From Lama guanicoe (taxonomy: Eukaryota): a stretch of 64,000 bases of DNA. The notes below the pieces were generated by a model, which saw only the letters and a program-made list of their open reading frames with translations, did no database searches and was not told the DNA's origin. Below are positions 52,961-64,000 of the stretch, in pieces. The DNA is taken from contig MU054220.1 in the NCBI GenBank assembly GCA_013239625.1, positions 6,917,367 to 6,981,366 of the forward strand, read 5' to 3'. The translations under genes were made by a program, and so were the position numbers. Within the stretch, counting starts at the first letter, position 1, and each line of letters opens with the position of its first letter.

Positions 52961-53919
52961 GTGATGTCTGTGGAAGGAAATTCAGCCCTGACAATACAAA
53001 GCAGACCCTATGTAAGATGTTTATAGACACCCTAATTAAATATCCTATATTACTAGCACTAATGCAATTTTATTCTAATCTATTTATATATATTCATGAG
53101 GCTCTTAAGGTACCAAAAAGGGAGCATTAGGGACACTATTTATGTACTGGACATCAAAATTTATGTAATATCTCCAACATATATAGTTTTCCATCAATGA
53201 AAAAGGTATCAAACAAAAGAAAATTCTATAAGATATTGTATGGAAATTTATTCAAAGATCTTTCTTGTCTTTTTAAAAAATTCTTGAATTTATTACTTCT
53301 TCCTTTATTACTTTCTTTCTCTTTTTCTTTTATTTAACAAATCAGAGATCTGATTGCATGCTAGCCTCTTCTGGTATATTCTGTATTCACAATGGCTGAT
53401 GACACATCAAAGAATGTATTTAAATACTTGGGCTCTTTGAAAATAGGTGATTAGAAACTGTTTTTAGAGCACATGTTATAAAGAAAAAGGATCAGATTCC
53501 AGAGAGATAAGGTGGAGAAGGAAATAAATACATAACATACATGGAGTCCCTGTGATTGAATTAGAGGTACTTAAGTATCCTGAATGAATGTTGAATTTCC
53601 CCCCCAAATAAACATACATGTGAGGGAGTTTATTCACCCTTTAACTGTTGGTGGCACCACTGTTCGAGAGACGTGCGAGGAAACTCCTTCAAGGAGGAGG
53701 GACACATGAAACCCCATTACAAGGTCTCAGAGCATGAGCAGCCGGTTGCTGGAGTGTCCTGTGTGATAGGCAGCAGCGTGTGCATCACTCTGCCTGGCAG
53801 TCCGTGGACCACCCAGCACAGTGCAAGTCTTCTGTGTCAGCCAGGCCTTGAGGTGGGCACAGCTGTGTCTTCCATCCGCAGAACCCAGCTGAGGCTGGTC
53901 TCATCTAATCTTAATTTGC

Positions 53920-54380
53920 AAGTGTTGGTTTTCCCCAATATGAGAGTGGTATGTATTCAACTTCAAAATATGAGAACCACAAAAAGCATAGAAAAAATAA
54001 TTCATGCATAATTCCACCACTTAGACATTGTACTATTATGGTACATGCTTTCCTAGCACTATTCCATGTGTATGGATATGTGTGAATATATTTATTTAGA
54101 GTATATGTGTACATTTATGCATATGTATATCTTTGTATATATATTCATATATACAATATGTTCATATTATATATGCAGATATTATGTATATGTATGATGT
54201 ATAAATGCAATCTATTATTTATATACACATTACAATGTTATCGTATGGAACAAACTGCTGTAACTTATCTGATTTACTTTTAGTCAGCGAACATTTCCTA
54301 TGCCCACAATATTCTTCAACAACGTTAATTTAATAATTGCTTAGTATCCCACTATATTCCATTTTTGATTGTTTCACACA
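53920..54380 (-). mobile_element. Old L1ME-like 3' fragment with AT-rich expansion
   Basis: 'cataattccaccacttagacatt...', (TA/TG)-rich interior, 'tagtatcccactat'. Confidence 0.45.
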
Positions 54381-55444
54381 ATATTACGAATGCTTGATTT
54401 TTAAGAGTCCCATTAGCACAGACAGAGTAAAAAAGACAGAAATCCACTTTCAACAAACCATCAGTAGGAGGGTTGTTGTGTTCATTCTTTGTACCAGCCA
54501 TTATGCTAGAAACGTTTTGTATATTATGTCATTTAATTGTCAAACATCCATGTAGAACAACAGCTAGTGTTATTCTCATTTTGCAGTCAAGAAAACCGGA
54601 TGATATATCACAGCCAAAAAAATATATACTACCTATAAATATATTCATAATCACACATGCAGATCGCTCACAGGCATAAACATATACCAAATGGGAAGTT
54701 CTAAATTTGGTTATTTTGCCTTGAAGAGTTAATAAATGAGCCCAGGAAAGAGTTTGCAGTCTGTTGTAGTGTAAAGTTTTGTAAGTCTGTAGAATAGACG
54801 GCAGCACAGGCTCTCAGAACTATGTAGGTGTGATACTGAATGTCTTCTGACTTAGCCCTGTTGTATTGCAGATGAGAAATGTGAACTCAGAGAGTCGTGT
54901 TTATATCCGTTTCAGCACCGGAATCTAATTCCAGGCTGTCTAGGTCATAACATCATTTTTTCATGCATTCATTCACTCTGATTATTAACTGAGTACCTAC
55001 TATGGGCTGAACAATGTATGAAAGCCCTGACATGTGAGTAGATGCAATTTTCATGAGCTGCTTATTCCTGAGAACAAGGTAGACTCTTTTTTTATGCACC
55101 AAGTCTGCCTCAATGGGCAATCTCTCCAGTAGAGTCACTGAATTATTTTCTTCCAACTTCCCCCTTCCCTCATCCCATGACCACTCCTCGCAGTCAACTG
55201 ACTCCACGGGTTGCTCTCCCTGTACGACAGACACTGACAGGCTTCTTCCATTCTAGGCATGTGGTCCTAGGATAGAGATGGTACTAATTCCTCCTTTCTG
55301 TGTGCTAGATATGGAGTATTCCGTGTGGGCCAGAAAGAGTTTCTGCCCACATGGGTCAAATCCTTTCAATTCTAAGCATATCTCTAATAGTATCAGGCAT
55401 GTCAGATTATGGTAGGTGTTGAAATAAAGATTATATTGGTTACT

Positions 55445-56017
55445 TAACAATTACCATTTATTTGACAATGCTGTGTAACATTGTCACCTCCAATTTAGTG
55501 GCTTACAACTACAAACATTTATTATGTCATGGTTTCTGTGAATTAGGAATCCAGGCATGGCTTACCTGCCTCCTCTGGCTCAGGGGCTCTGGGAAGCCTG
55601 ATATCAAGTTATCGTCTGGGGCCATAGTCATATCAAGGCTTTGAGGAAAAATCACTTCTGTGTTTACTCACATGTTTCGGTCTCATGGGCTGTATAATTG
55701 AGGGTCTCGTGTCCTCTTGGGTTGACGATCAAAGACATCAGTTCTTTCCTGTGTTGCTGTCTCCATACAACTACACATAACATAGCAGTTTGCTTCCCCC
55801 AGAGTTAGGGGTCTGACAGAAAGAGTGAGCCCTGCAAGATGGAAGGCAGTATTTTTGTAAGCTCATCAGAAATGGCATCCCAGCACTTCTGCTATATTCT
55901 ATTCTTTTGAAGCAAGTCCCTGGGTCCAGCACACTTTCAAGGGGAGGGTATTACACAACAGCAAAAATATCAGGAAGCAGGGGTCATTGGAAACCATCTA
56001 AGAAGTTGCCTTGCACA
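55445..56017 (-). mobile_element. MaLR solo LTR, MLT1F-like
   Basis: 'tttagtggcttacaactacaaacatttattatgtcatggtttctgtg..caggaatccagg...cacttctgctatattctatt...caaggggagggtattacac...ggtcattgg...gccttgcaca'. Confidence 0.85.
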
Positions 56018-56489
56018 GAAATAAGCCAAAAAAAAAAAAGAAATGGATTATGGCTTATTGAGTTGGGACTTTCAAATGTGTTCCTTGAAGATGTAGTATT
56101 TGAATTATACTTTGAAGACTACAACCTTAGTGTATAAGGCGGATTTCACAGGAAAATAAACATAAGAGAAAGGGTACCTGCATAAATAAGGGCAGAGAGG
56201 AATCGAAGTTCTGGGATCCATTCATGCAAATGACATTTCGGAGAGACTACCACATGCAGAGCAGTAGCCCGGGAGGGCTAGAGCATAGGACAAATCGTAC
56301 GTCTTAACTGACTCTCAGCAGACAGACCGTTAACCCGTGTTCTTACTGCTGTTAAATGATGCTACATCATCTTTCTAGACCAGTAACTGTATGTCGAACT
56401 TCATTATACAATCCTGGGACTGAAGAGCATTGTAAGAAGTCATGTAGCTTATCTCGGTTTATGGAAAAAGAATAGACTTCAATATCTGA

Positions 56490-56685
56490 AATGCCTGAAA
56501 CCCATTTGGGCCACTTATCAGCCCTTGGCCCAAATCACTTAACCTTGCTAAATCCAAGTGTCCATAGCTATAAAATGGAGCAATTGTAATTACATCAAAC
56601 TGAAGTTGGAAGGATTAAAGGAGATAACATTAGTGAAAACCCATAGTTCAAAGCCTGGTATTTAATAGACATTCAATAAGATTGC
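56490..56685 (+). mobile_element. MIR SINE
   Basis: 'ccttggcccaaatcacttaacc...ctataaaatggag...aggattaaaggagataac...gcctggtatttaatagacattcaataa'. Confidence 0.75.
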
Positions 56686-58187
56686 CTCTCTTGCCTTCCT
56701 TGTCTTCCCTACTTCTTTGCTTCTCTTTTTCCTCCAAATCCACTTAGAAATTCTCTTACCTCATTACCAAAAAAAAAAAAATATCCAAGTTTTTACCAAG
56801 CCAGCAAGGAAAGTTGACCATTTTTACATCATTCCAAAGCTTTGACATCTTTGCTATCCTAGAGGACTTTAAAATTAGGACAAAATTAACCTCATTTTAA
56901 TCATATTATTCTTAGTCTATATATTGCACTTAACACACACTAGATAGATGCTTCTTAAATAAGTTATTTTTTCACCTTGTCATCAAAAATAATATAATCC
57001 TCTGAAAGGTAAAACTAAAACCAATAATTGTACAAAATCTAGAGAACTATAATAAGCACTAAGCAAACAGATGGTTAGTTTAAATGACTTAAGAATCTGT
57101 GTGTTTTTATCTTAAGAAAGATGTTTAATACCTGGGCTAATTATAGATACAGCACTGCCTGACACATTGTAATTTATGCTTCTATTCTGATTTCTTCTTT
57201 ATTTAAAGAAATTAGGTTCCTTTGCATGAGGTGTTCCATGAATCTAAGACTTTTATGCAAACTATGGCTAAGCTTAATTCCAACATTTAAAAATGCTTTC
57301 AGCAATGATGCTAGCTTACCCTGCACCTTCCTTAGGAAAAAAACCAAATTGATATTGCTTCTTGAGTTCATGAACAATTAAAGAAAGAAAACAAGATATA
57401 TCAAGAACTAGACCCATACCTTCCTTGGAAAGTCCCGTTACCGCACAAAGAACATACCTTCATAGTCAATATATTAGAATATATGACTTGTTGAAAGTTG
57501 AAGAATCTTTTGTAGTCCTAGATCAATGTAACTTCTAGTAATGAATCTATAATTCGTTATAGATTGCATCACCCTCTGTCGTTATCCAAATGTACAAGAT
57601 TGTGAGACACGATTTTATTTGATTTCTGTTATAATCTGATGCATACAGTAGAAACTTAGTATTCAAGGTAAGAACACTAAAAAAGTTTTGATGCTATCAG
57701 AGGAACCCTAAAAGTTCTTGAAATTTTGATGAAGAGCTAATATGAATTAAGTGATATGTAAGTAGAATTACTTAAATAACGAGCAAATCCAGTTGAACAT
57801 CCAGCGTGCAGACCTTAACTGTGGCTTTGTTCTACTTAATTTCACTTTTCCAACTTTCCCAGGGAAGTGGTAGGAAAAAAAAAATGGAAGGAAAAATATG
57901 GCACAATTGAAAGGGGGAAAATAACCCTTAGCAAAAGACGACAAGGCAGCTAATTTATAAAGGGAAATGTATACAGAAGAAACAGATAATTTAATGGAAA
58001 TATGAATTTTATAGAATAAATCAAGAATCTTTCTAAAAGTTTCTATGATATGAATTTGAGAACGTACTTGGAGTTCAGTTGGGTATATCTAAAATATTAA
58101 GAATCTTCTGAATAACTAGATAGATTCCCAGTGTATAGAGATGGTCTTTGCATCTTCCTTTATGGTCAAAAAATTTTAACTGAAAAG

Positions 58188-58227
58188 CAAAAGCTTTTTA
58201 TGCAAACCAAAAGCTTTTTATGCAAAC
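58188..58227. repeat. Perfect 20-bp tandem duplication
   Basis: caaaagctttttatgcaaac x2. Confidence 0.95.
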
Positions 58228-58275
58228 CAGATTTTTATGGGATGTGAGAAACTTTTTGCTCCTTAAGGTGGTTTT

Positions 58276-58757
58276 CATCTGTTGGGGAAATCCAAGAAAT
58301 GGATGTCAAGGTAGAATCAGATATATAAGACGTTTATCAGTGGGAAACACCTTTTAAGGAAAGTGGGGAGGGGGAGTAATAAGATGCAGGAGAGCCTTCA
58401 GACCACAAAGTGGATCTGACATCTGTTGAAGGAGTGAGGGCAAGCAGGGGGTTTGGGTAGGAAGAACCCCAGCTGCAGTGGCCCTGAGAGAGCATCTCAG
58501 CCAGGCTGTTGAGTAGCCCCTGAAGAAATGCTTCACATTAAGGAGAATCAAGGTGGGCAGGACTGACCCTGCTCTAGTACCCTCTTCAAGCTCAGTCATT
58601 GAGTGAGAGCAGCCTTGGAAGAGTGTGACCTTCAATTAGCATCTACAGAGGGTCTGGAAATTGTGGCTCTGGGGGCTGTCGACTAACTGCCCATTACTCA
58701 CAGCAGTTTTTTTTTTTTCATGAAAGATCTGAGTGGCCCACTCCCAAGGCAGCCATA
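58276..58757 (-). mobile_element. 3' LTR of an ERV-L class provirus (LTR16-like)
   Basis: 'gagagccttcagaccac...ctctagtaccc...gctcagtcattg...gagcagcc...gatctgagtggcccactcccaaggcagccata'. On the minus strand it is preceded by the PPT-like 'caaggagtagac'. Confidence 0.85.
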
Positions 58758-58899
58758 GTCTACTCCTTGCGCAGCACAGACCTACTTCTCCATCCACTTG
58801 AGGGGAGCAACTCTTCCATGGCTGCCGTGGGCTTCTCCTCTTGAAAAGAAACTTTAAAGAAGGAACAAGCAGTATAAACCACGTTTCATTGAGGTTACA

Positions 58900-59430
58900 T
58901 TCTCAAGGCAGCCATGATATTATTATTTCCTTCCTACACTGTCCATTTTAAACCCTCCTCTTCCTCACATATCACCTCAGCAAGTCTTGGTGACTTATCT
59001 GGTAATGTGCCCAAAACCTTATCCCTGAGTAGTCTAAGCTTCTAGAATTTACACCTGTTTCAGGCTTTATTTGTTGCATGTGTCCATTCATAGTTAACAC
59101 TGGGCAAGAAATAACCAGAGACACCCAGTGGATCCCTTGGGTTCTGCACACTTTCCTCCATGCCTGCAGTATATGACAGCAGACCCACTTCCTTCTGCTA
59201 ACCAGGACCAGTGACCCCTGCCAGTCAAAATGGTGGCTTATTTTCCTGTCTAAGTATGAATCCAGGTGCCTTGGTGGCAGCTTGTCATTGAATGGGACCT
59301 TGTTTTGACCTCTGGAAAGAATATTCTCCCTTTAGGACTCTAACCCAAAAGAGCCCAACACTGAGAGGATGGGAAGGACAAAGCACGAAGTCCCCCAGTT
59401 GGTCATTCAGAGCCATGTAAGTGGGGCCAT
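58900..59430 (-). pseudogene. Decayed ERV-L dUTPase / pol C-terminal region
   Basis: Hand translation gives LAGVTGPG*QKEVGLLSYTAGMEESVQNPRDPLG (starting ~59224), CPVLTMNGHMQQ and PRLAEVICEEEEGLKWTV*EG. These are colinear with the recalled ERV-L motifs LAGVIDPDYQDEISLLLHNGGKEE..GDPLG, CPVIKVNGKLQQ and PRPAEVLAEGKGNTEWVVEEG. Confidence 0.8.
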
Positions 59431-59499
59431 GGAATCATTCAGTTGCTATTTCCCACATCTAAGAGCATATAGTTTGGACTGATATACTTGGCAGTTGGG

Positions 59500-60620
59500 T
59501 TCCCATGGCTATTAACAGAACCGTTCCTGTGTCCACCTTTTCCACCATGAACTTTGACCTATGGAGGAGCACCAACACTGAACTTCTTAATGATTTGTGT
59601 GTCCCTCTCGCCAGTGCATTCATAGTGGCTGGGCTGAACTCTGTGTCCTCTGGGCCTTTCTGTAGAAGAAGAGAATCAGTCCTCTGGTGGGTGTTCCAGA
59701 CTCACATCATATATCCATTCCAGCATGCCCACAGCCACGAACTTTTTCATTCATTCCATTTCTGGCTTACAGACACTCACACTTAACTCAGCATTGGCCA
59801 TTGTCTTTTCTAGGCTTCTAAGGGCCATCCTAGCAGTGAATCTGTCCATTATCCATGGTCCTTGCCAGGGCATTGAATCCCATATCCTAGGGGAGAGCTC
59901 GCAAGTCTGCAAATTCTGTCATACGTTCTGGCTTCATTTGATCAATCACCCTCAAAATGCAACACCAGGGGTTCTCCCCTGGCTCTTGCTGGTGTATATT
60001 AGCTAATTCCTACAGCCTCTTTGGAGTGCAGTCTCTTTTCTCAGTTATCAGCCTCAGTAAACCAATTTACACTGAAATGTACCCGCAGTTATTGGTCTGG
60101 CAGATGAGAGATGAAGCAGCAGCAGCTCCTGGGAGCAGCACCTCTTGCCTTGGGGAAGAAGAGGCTTCTGAAACATCCTTCCACACATGGGGTGCAGTTA
60201 GAGAAAGTCCTAACTGAGGGGGTGGGCTATGTCTTCAAACTCAGATGGTTCAAGGGAATCTGCAAAGCCAAATTTCTCAAGAGCTTCCTCTCCAGGTGTC
60301 CCTGTCCCATGTATCAGAGTTTCCCAAATCAGCATAACGGATCTAACTGGGTCTGAGCATTTACTTGTCTTGGAAGTTCTGTGCTTCCAACTATTAACTC
60401 TTGTATTTGCTATCAGCTCTTCTACTACAAGAAATAAAGTAGCATACAAAGAGGCCCTCTTGCCCTCACACCTAGCCCTTTAACTATTTCTTAACCACCC
60501 TCAGTTTTTCATTCTTCCTCTGCCTAATGTCAGTGCAGTTTGATAGGAATCAGCCCGCTCTGCCGTCCTTGTGGGTACTGTTGCTCCCACACTTTTCCAA
60601 TGTCTGAGTCATCCCGCAGG
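59500..60620 (-). pseudogene. Decayed ERV-L gag
   Basis: Hand translation gives KNEKLR, DTWDRDTW (60315-60292), EPGENPWCCILRVID (59985-59941), GMLEWIY (59729-59709) and GPEDTEFSPATMNALARG...IAMG. These are colinear with recalled ERV-L Gag motifs; there are many stops and frameshifts. Confidence 0.82.
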
Positions 60621-60789
60621 CAAGAGCAGCTCCCTCTAGTACAGTCTTTAGCAGTGGATTCAAGACTTGGACCAGGGACTCTTCTTGATCCAGATTCTAT
60701 ACCAGATGAGGCCCTGTCTGCCAGCTGGGTAGGGAGTGATAGAGTCTGAAAATTTCATTCTACACCCTGCTTTGTCAGACAGCTCTCTG

Positions 60790-61225
60790 TCCCAGCAGAA
60801 TCAGTTTGGGTGCTCTAAAAAGCTGAGGACAAAAGGAAATTTGATATGCAAGATACTTATTTGTGGAAATGCCTGTGAATGATGAAGGGAAGAAGGAACA
60901 GGAGCTGATGGAGGGAGTCTTCAGACCACAAAGTGAGTTTGACATCCAAGAAGAGAGCGAAGGAAGGAATATGATGGAGTGGAAGGAGCCTCAGATGGAG
61001 TGTGACACTAAGGAAGTCTGAGGCAGACAGATGGGGAGGCCTGGAGCAAAGATGGCCCATTAGAAGAGGTGCATTCAGGGCAGGAGCGCGTTTGCCTCTC
61101 ATAACCCCACTTGGCTCCGTCACTGGCTTGGAGCAGCCCTGCAAGGACAAGGTCAATGTGAACCCTGAAGCTGGAGGCAGTTTTCTCTTGTCCAGGTCTA
61201 AATGGTGCACTTCGAGGTAGTTTGA
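60790..61225 (-). mobile_element. 5' LTR of an ERV-L class provirus (LTR16-like)
   Basis: Same orientation and shared blocks with the 58276 LTR, e.g. 'cttcagaccacaaagtg', 'gagcagcc' and 'cattagaagag/cattaaggag'. Confidence 0.85.
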
Positions 61226-61254
61226 TATAATGGAAAAAGGATGCACTCACTCTT

Positions 61255-61475
61255 CTAGTCTAGAGTAAGATAAATATGAGTTTCTATCCTGGCTCCGTTT
61301 CCCTGGATCTGTGATCAGCACCAGTCACTTGATATTTATGGAAGTCTGTTTCCACATACATAATGCAAAGACACTATTGCTTTCTTCATAGCTTGTAATG
61401 ATTCAAGATGAAGTACGTAAAATTACACAGCACAATGACTTGCATAGCGTAGGTTTGGAAAAATGTTATTTACCT
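61255..61475 (+). mobile_element. MIR SINE
   Basis: 'tcctggctcc...ctgtgatcagcaccagtcactt...gtttccacatac...gcatagcgtagg'. Confidence 0.6.
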
Positions 61476-62554
61476 CTCCAACCTTGCATCGAATTCTTCT
61501 TGTCTCCATTCTTTTTAAATTTATTTTGCATTTTAAACTGGGGATAAAATTAATGTCCTTCAAAAAATCAAGTCTAAGAAATATTTATTACTGAATTTTA
61601 TTTGTCAACATTTTGGAAATCTGTTTACTCGTAATTGATTAGAGAAACCTACCAATAAGGAGTTTTACCGTTTGTTACGAAACGCGTACACTTTTGCTTG
61701 GAGATTTGATTGTTGAAATTTGATATTTTTGTCTTTTTAGTTAAAAATGTTTACTGTTTGGAAAGCACTATGTCTCTAATACTGGCAGAAGACATATAAA
61801 TCAACTGTGAACCTTCTCTGAGCTGCATATATGTGTGATGGTTCCTCTCAGTTTATTGCATAATTTCAATACAATATCTAACAATTACGTCTGTGGTAAA
61901 CATGTCTGCTTTCTCAGGCCTATAATGAATCGGTTCATGTGTTCTATTACGGAGTAACAGATTATGACTGTTTGTCAGTTTCAGCTCCACTGAAGATTAC
62001 ATGAATAAAATCCCCACTAATGGCCACCAAGCAACTCATACTCTGTTTTGCCCAATACTGTGTTAAGTCCTTTGTGTGAGGATGTATATGTTGGTATGTT
62101 TATCTAAACTCCCTCTTTAGGGGTCAATCAGTACATTAAAAAAGCAAAGACAACACCAATCCTTTGAACAAAGAATGAACATAATCTGTCAGTGAGCAAA
62201 CAGGTTCTGGATAATGAGAGAAAATTGCTGGAAGAAGCCTTGCAGCTCATGCAGTCTAACCCCCTCACTCCACACACGTGCAGAGGGGTTAAGTGATTTG
62301 TCAGAGGTGACTCAAATGCAAAGTCAGATCTTTGCCCCCAGGATAGGTACACTGTCCCCTTTGTACATCTGGCTTATGTGTCTAGCGTTGTGCGAAGCCA
62401 TCTGGGAAATACAAAAGAAATACAGACTCCTTTTCTCATTTTCCTGAGTTTAGTTGATATCAGTTTTGGTGATAGGAGTTCTTAATGAAGACAAGATCAT
62501 CTAAATACGCTCATGTGTTTCACTGAGAAAAGAGAAAGAGGAAGCAATGGATAT

Positions 62555-62760
62555 TTATTGCTCTTTCGTTCTTTGAAAATACTTCTATGTACCTAATCTC
62601 ATTTATTCTTAGTGACTCTCTAGAGTGGTATGTTGCATTTCCCCCTTTAGTAGTTAAAGTAACTGAGGCCTGGAGGATTAAGTGGCTTGTTCAAAGGTAT
62701 ATAGTTTCCAAATGTAGATACTGTGACTTCAAAATCCTCACTCCCTCACTACTCCTGAAA
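62555..62760 (-). mobile_element. MIR SINE
   Basis: 'aatctcatttattctt...aactgaggcctggaggattaagtggcttgttcaaaggt'. Confidence 0.75.
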
Positions 62761-64000
62761 GAGAGCATCTGATTGATGGACCTTGATTCAGACTAAAACA
62801 GTCATCTTTGAACTTTCAGAATAAATGATGTCATATATAATTTCATATATAAATGTATAGACGGTGGAACCAGAGCTCAGACAGGGGTCTTCTGACTCCA
62901 GAGCTCCTTCCTTTTCCTCAAAACAAGCCCTCTGACTATCTTCTCCCTTATTCTTTGCAAATAAAATCTAAGTTTCCATTAGTAAGATTTCTTACTGCAT
63001 TTCTACTCCAAATAGTATGTAAATGAAATGGGAAAAGTATGGGAAAGAAAGTTCAAGTTTTGTTATGGACACACATGCACACCCACACTCACACCCACAC
63101 GTATCGCTGGTTAGATAGGTTAATGGATTACTCTCATTAATTCTTGGCATGATGTCTCTCTACAAAAGCAATGAGTAATTAATTAATTCTGAAACTCTCC
63201 CGTTGGTTAAGGTGGTATGAAAATAACAATGTCTTAGGCCATACATGTGTTAATCTTGTGATGGGATCTGATATTTGCTCAAAGTATTTATTTGCTTTGC
63301 AGCTTTATTTAGTGTAAAATTGCTTAGAGGATAGGGTTATCTCCTGTAGCGGTGACAATCCTTGTTGTCAAGCGGTGATTGACAACTGGAAGATGAGAAT
63401 ATTTCCAGAAATAGTCACCTAGAATATTCCCCAAACATAACTTATGAGATAGGCTGTGGGATTTAGAAGAAAGCCCGAAGAATGGATTCAAGTGGGGAAT
63501 CTGACTCACGTTTTGTGTTTGCTGTAAGAAGGTGTAAAGATGTTCAGGGGACAGTTCCTTTGTTGAGGCAGCCATAAACTCTGGAGTAAGCAATCTGGGC
63601 ATAAGCCCAAGAATGTTTTGATGATTTTCGTACATTTATTTAGTTTGCCCCCTCCCCGATACGTTTTAAAATCCATGTTTGTCTAAGCGAAGGGGAAGCA
63701 AAAAATCTACCTTAATGGACACAATTGGTCAAAATTAGAAATTAAGGGGAGATAGTACACATCTGAGGGCAAGGGTGGTATAGTAATGGCAAAATTAATC
63801 GAAGTGAGACAACCAAGAAAGAGAAAGATGCTTAGGGAGACTGAAGTTTTCCTTATTGAGCTGATTCTTTTCCACCTTGAAATATTTTCCTTCTAGGAGG
63901 AAAAATAAAAAGACCTTGAAGATACTGGTTTTGGCTACTTTAAGAGCAACATGTGGTTAGTGATGCTGATACAGCCATAAAACAAGAGAAAATCTAAATG

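Noticed and set aside
59500..60620. Domesticated Fv1-like gag gene
   Set aside because: The gag homology is broken by many stops and frameshifts; there is no intact reading frame
60857..61246. 129-aa ORF and overlapping ORFs
   Set aside because: They lie within the LTR and are chance open frames

Overview
Mammalian, AT-rich, repeat-rich non-coding DNA (intronic or intergenic). It is almost certainly camelid (camel/alpaca/llama): four tRNA-Ala-derived SINEs of the camelid Vic-1 type are present, and I saw no Alu, B1, PRE-1 or Bov-tA/BovB elements. I found no recognisable host protein-coding exon; apart from decayed LINE-1 ORF2 fragments, the ORF track looks like noise. The window is a mosaic of ancient repeats (MIR, L2, L3/CR1, MLT1 LTRs, MER5/MER20/MER45/MER81/MER94 hAT elements, a Tigger4 derivative, old L1M fragments), younger L1 and Vic-1 insertions with target-site duplications, and microsatellites. 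The most notable structure is a two-LTR, minus-strand ERV-L class provirus (~58.28-61.22 kb) in which a decayed gag is joined almost directly to the dUTPase region, with pro-pol missing. Other leads are a probable retroposed mRNA 3' end (~12.63-12.80 kb), a candidate minus-strand microexon or ATG-ending exon (~41.33 kb), two candidate minus-strand first exons and several repeat-free motif clusters. I see no convincing evidence of a new biological system. Repeat family names come from recalled consensus features, not a database search, and boundaries of old repeats are approximate.
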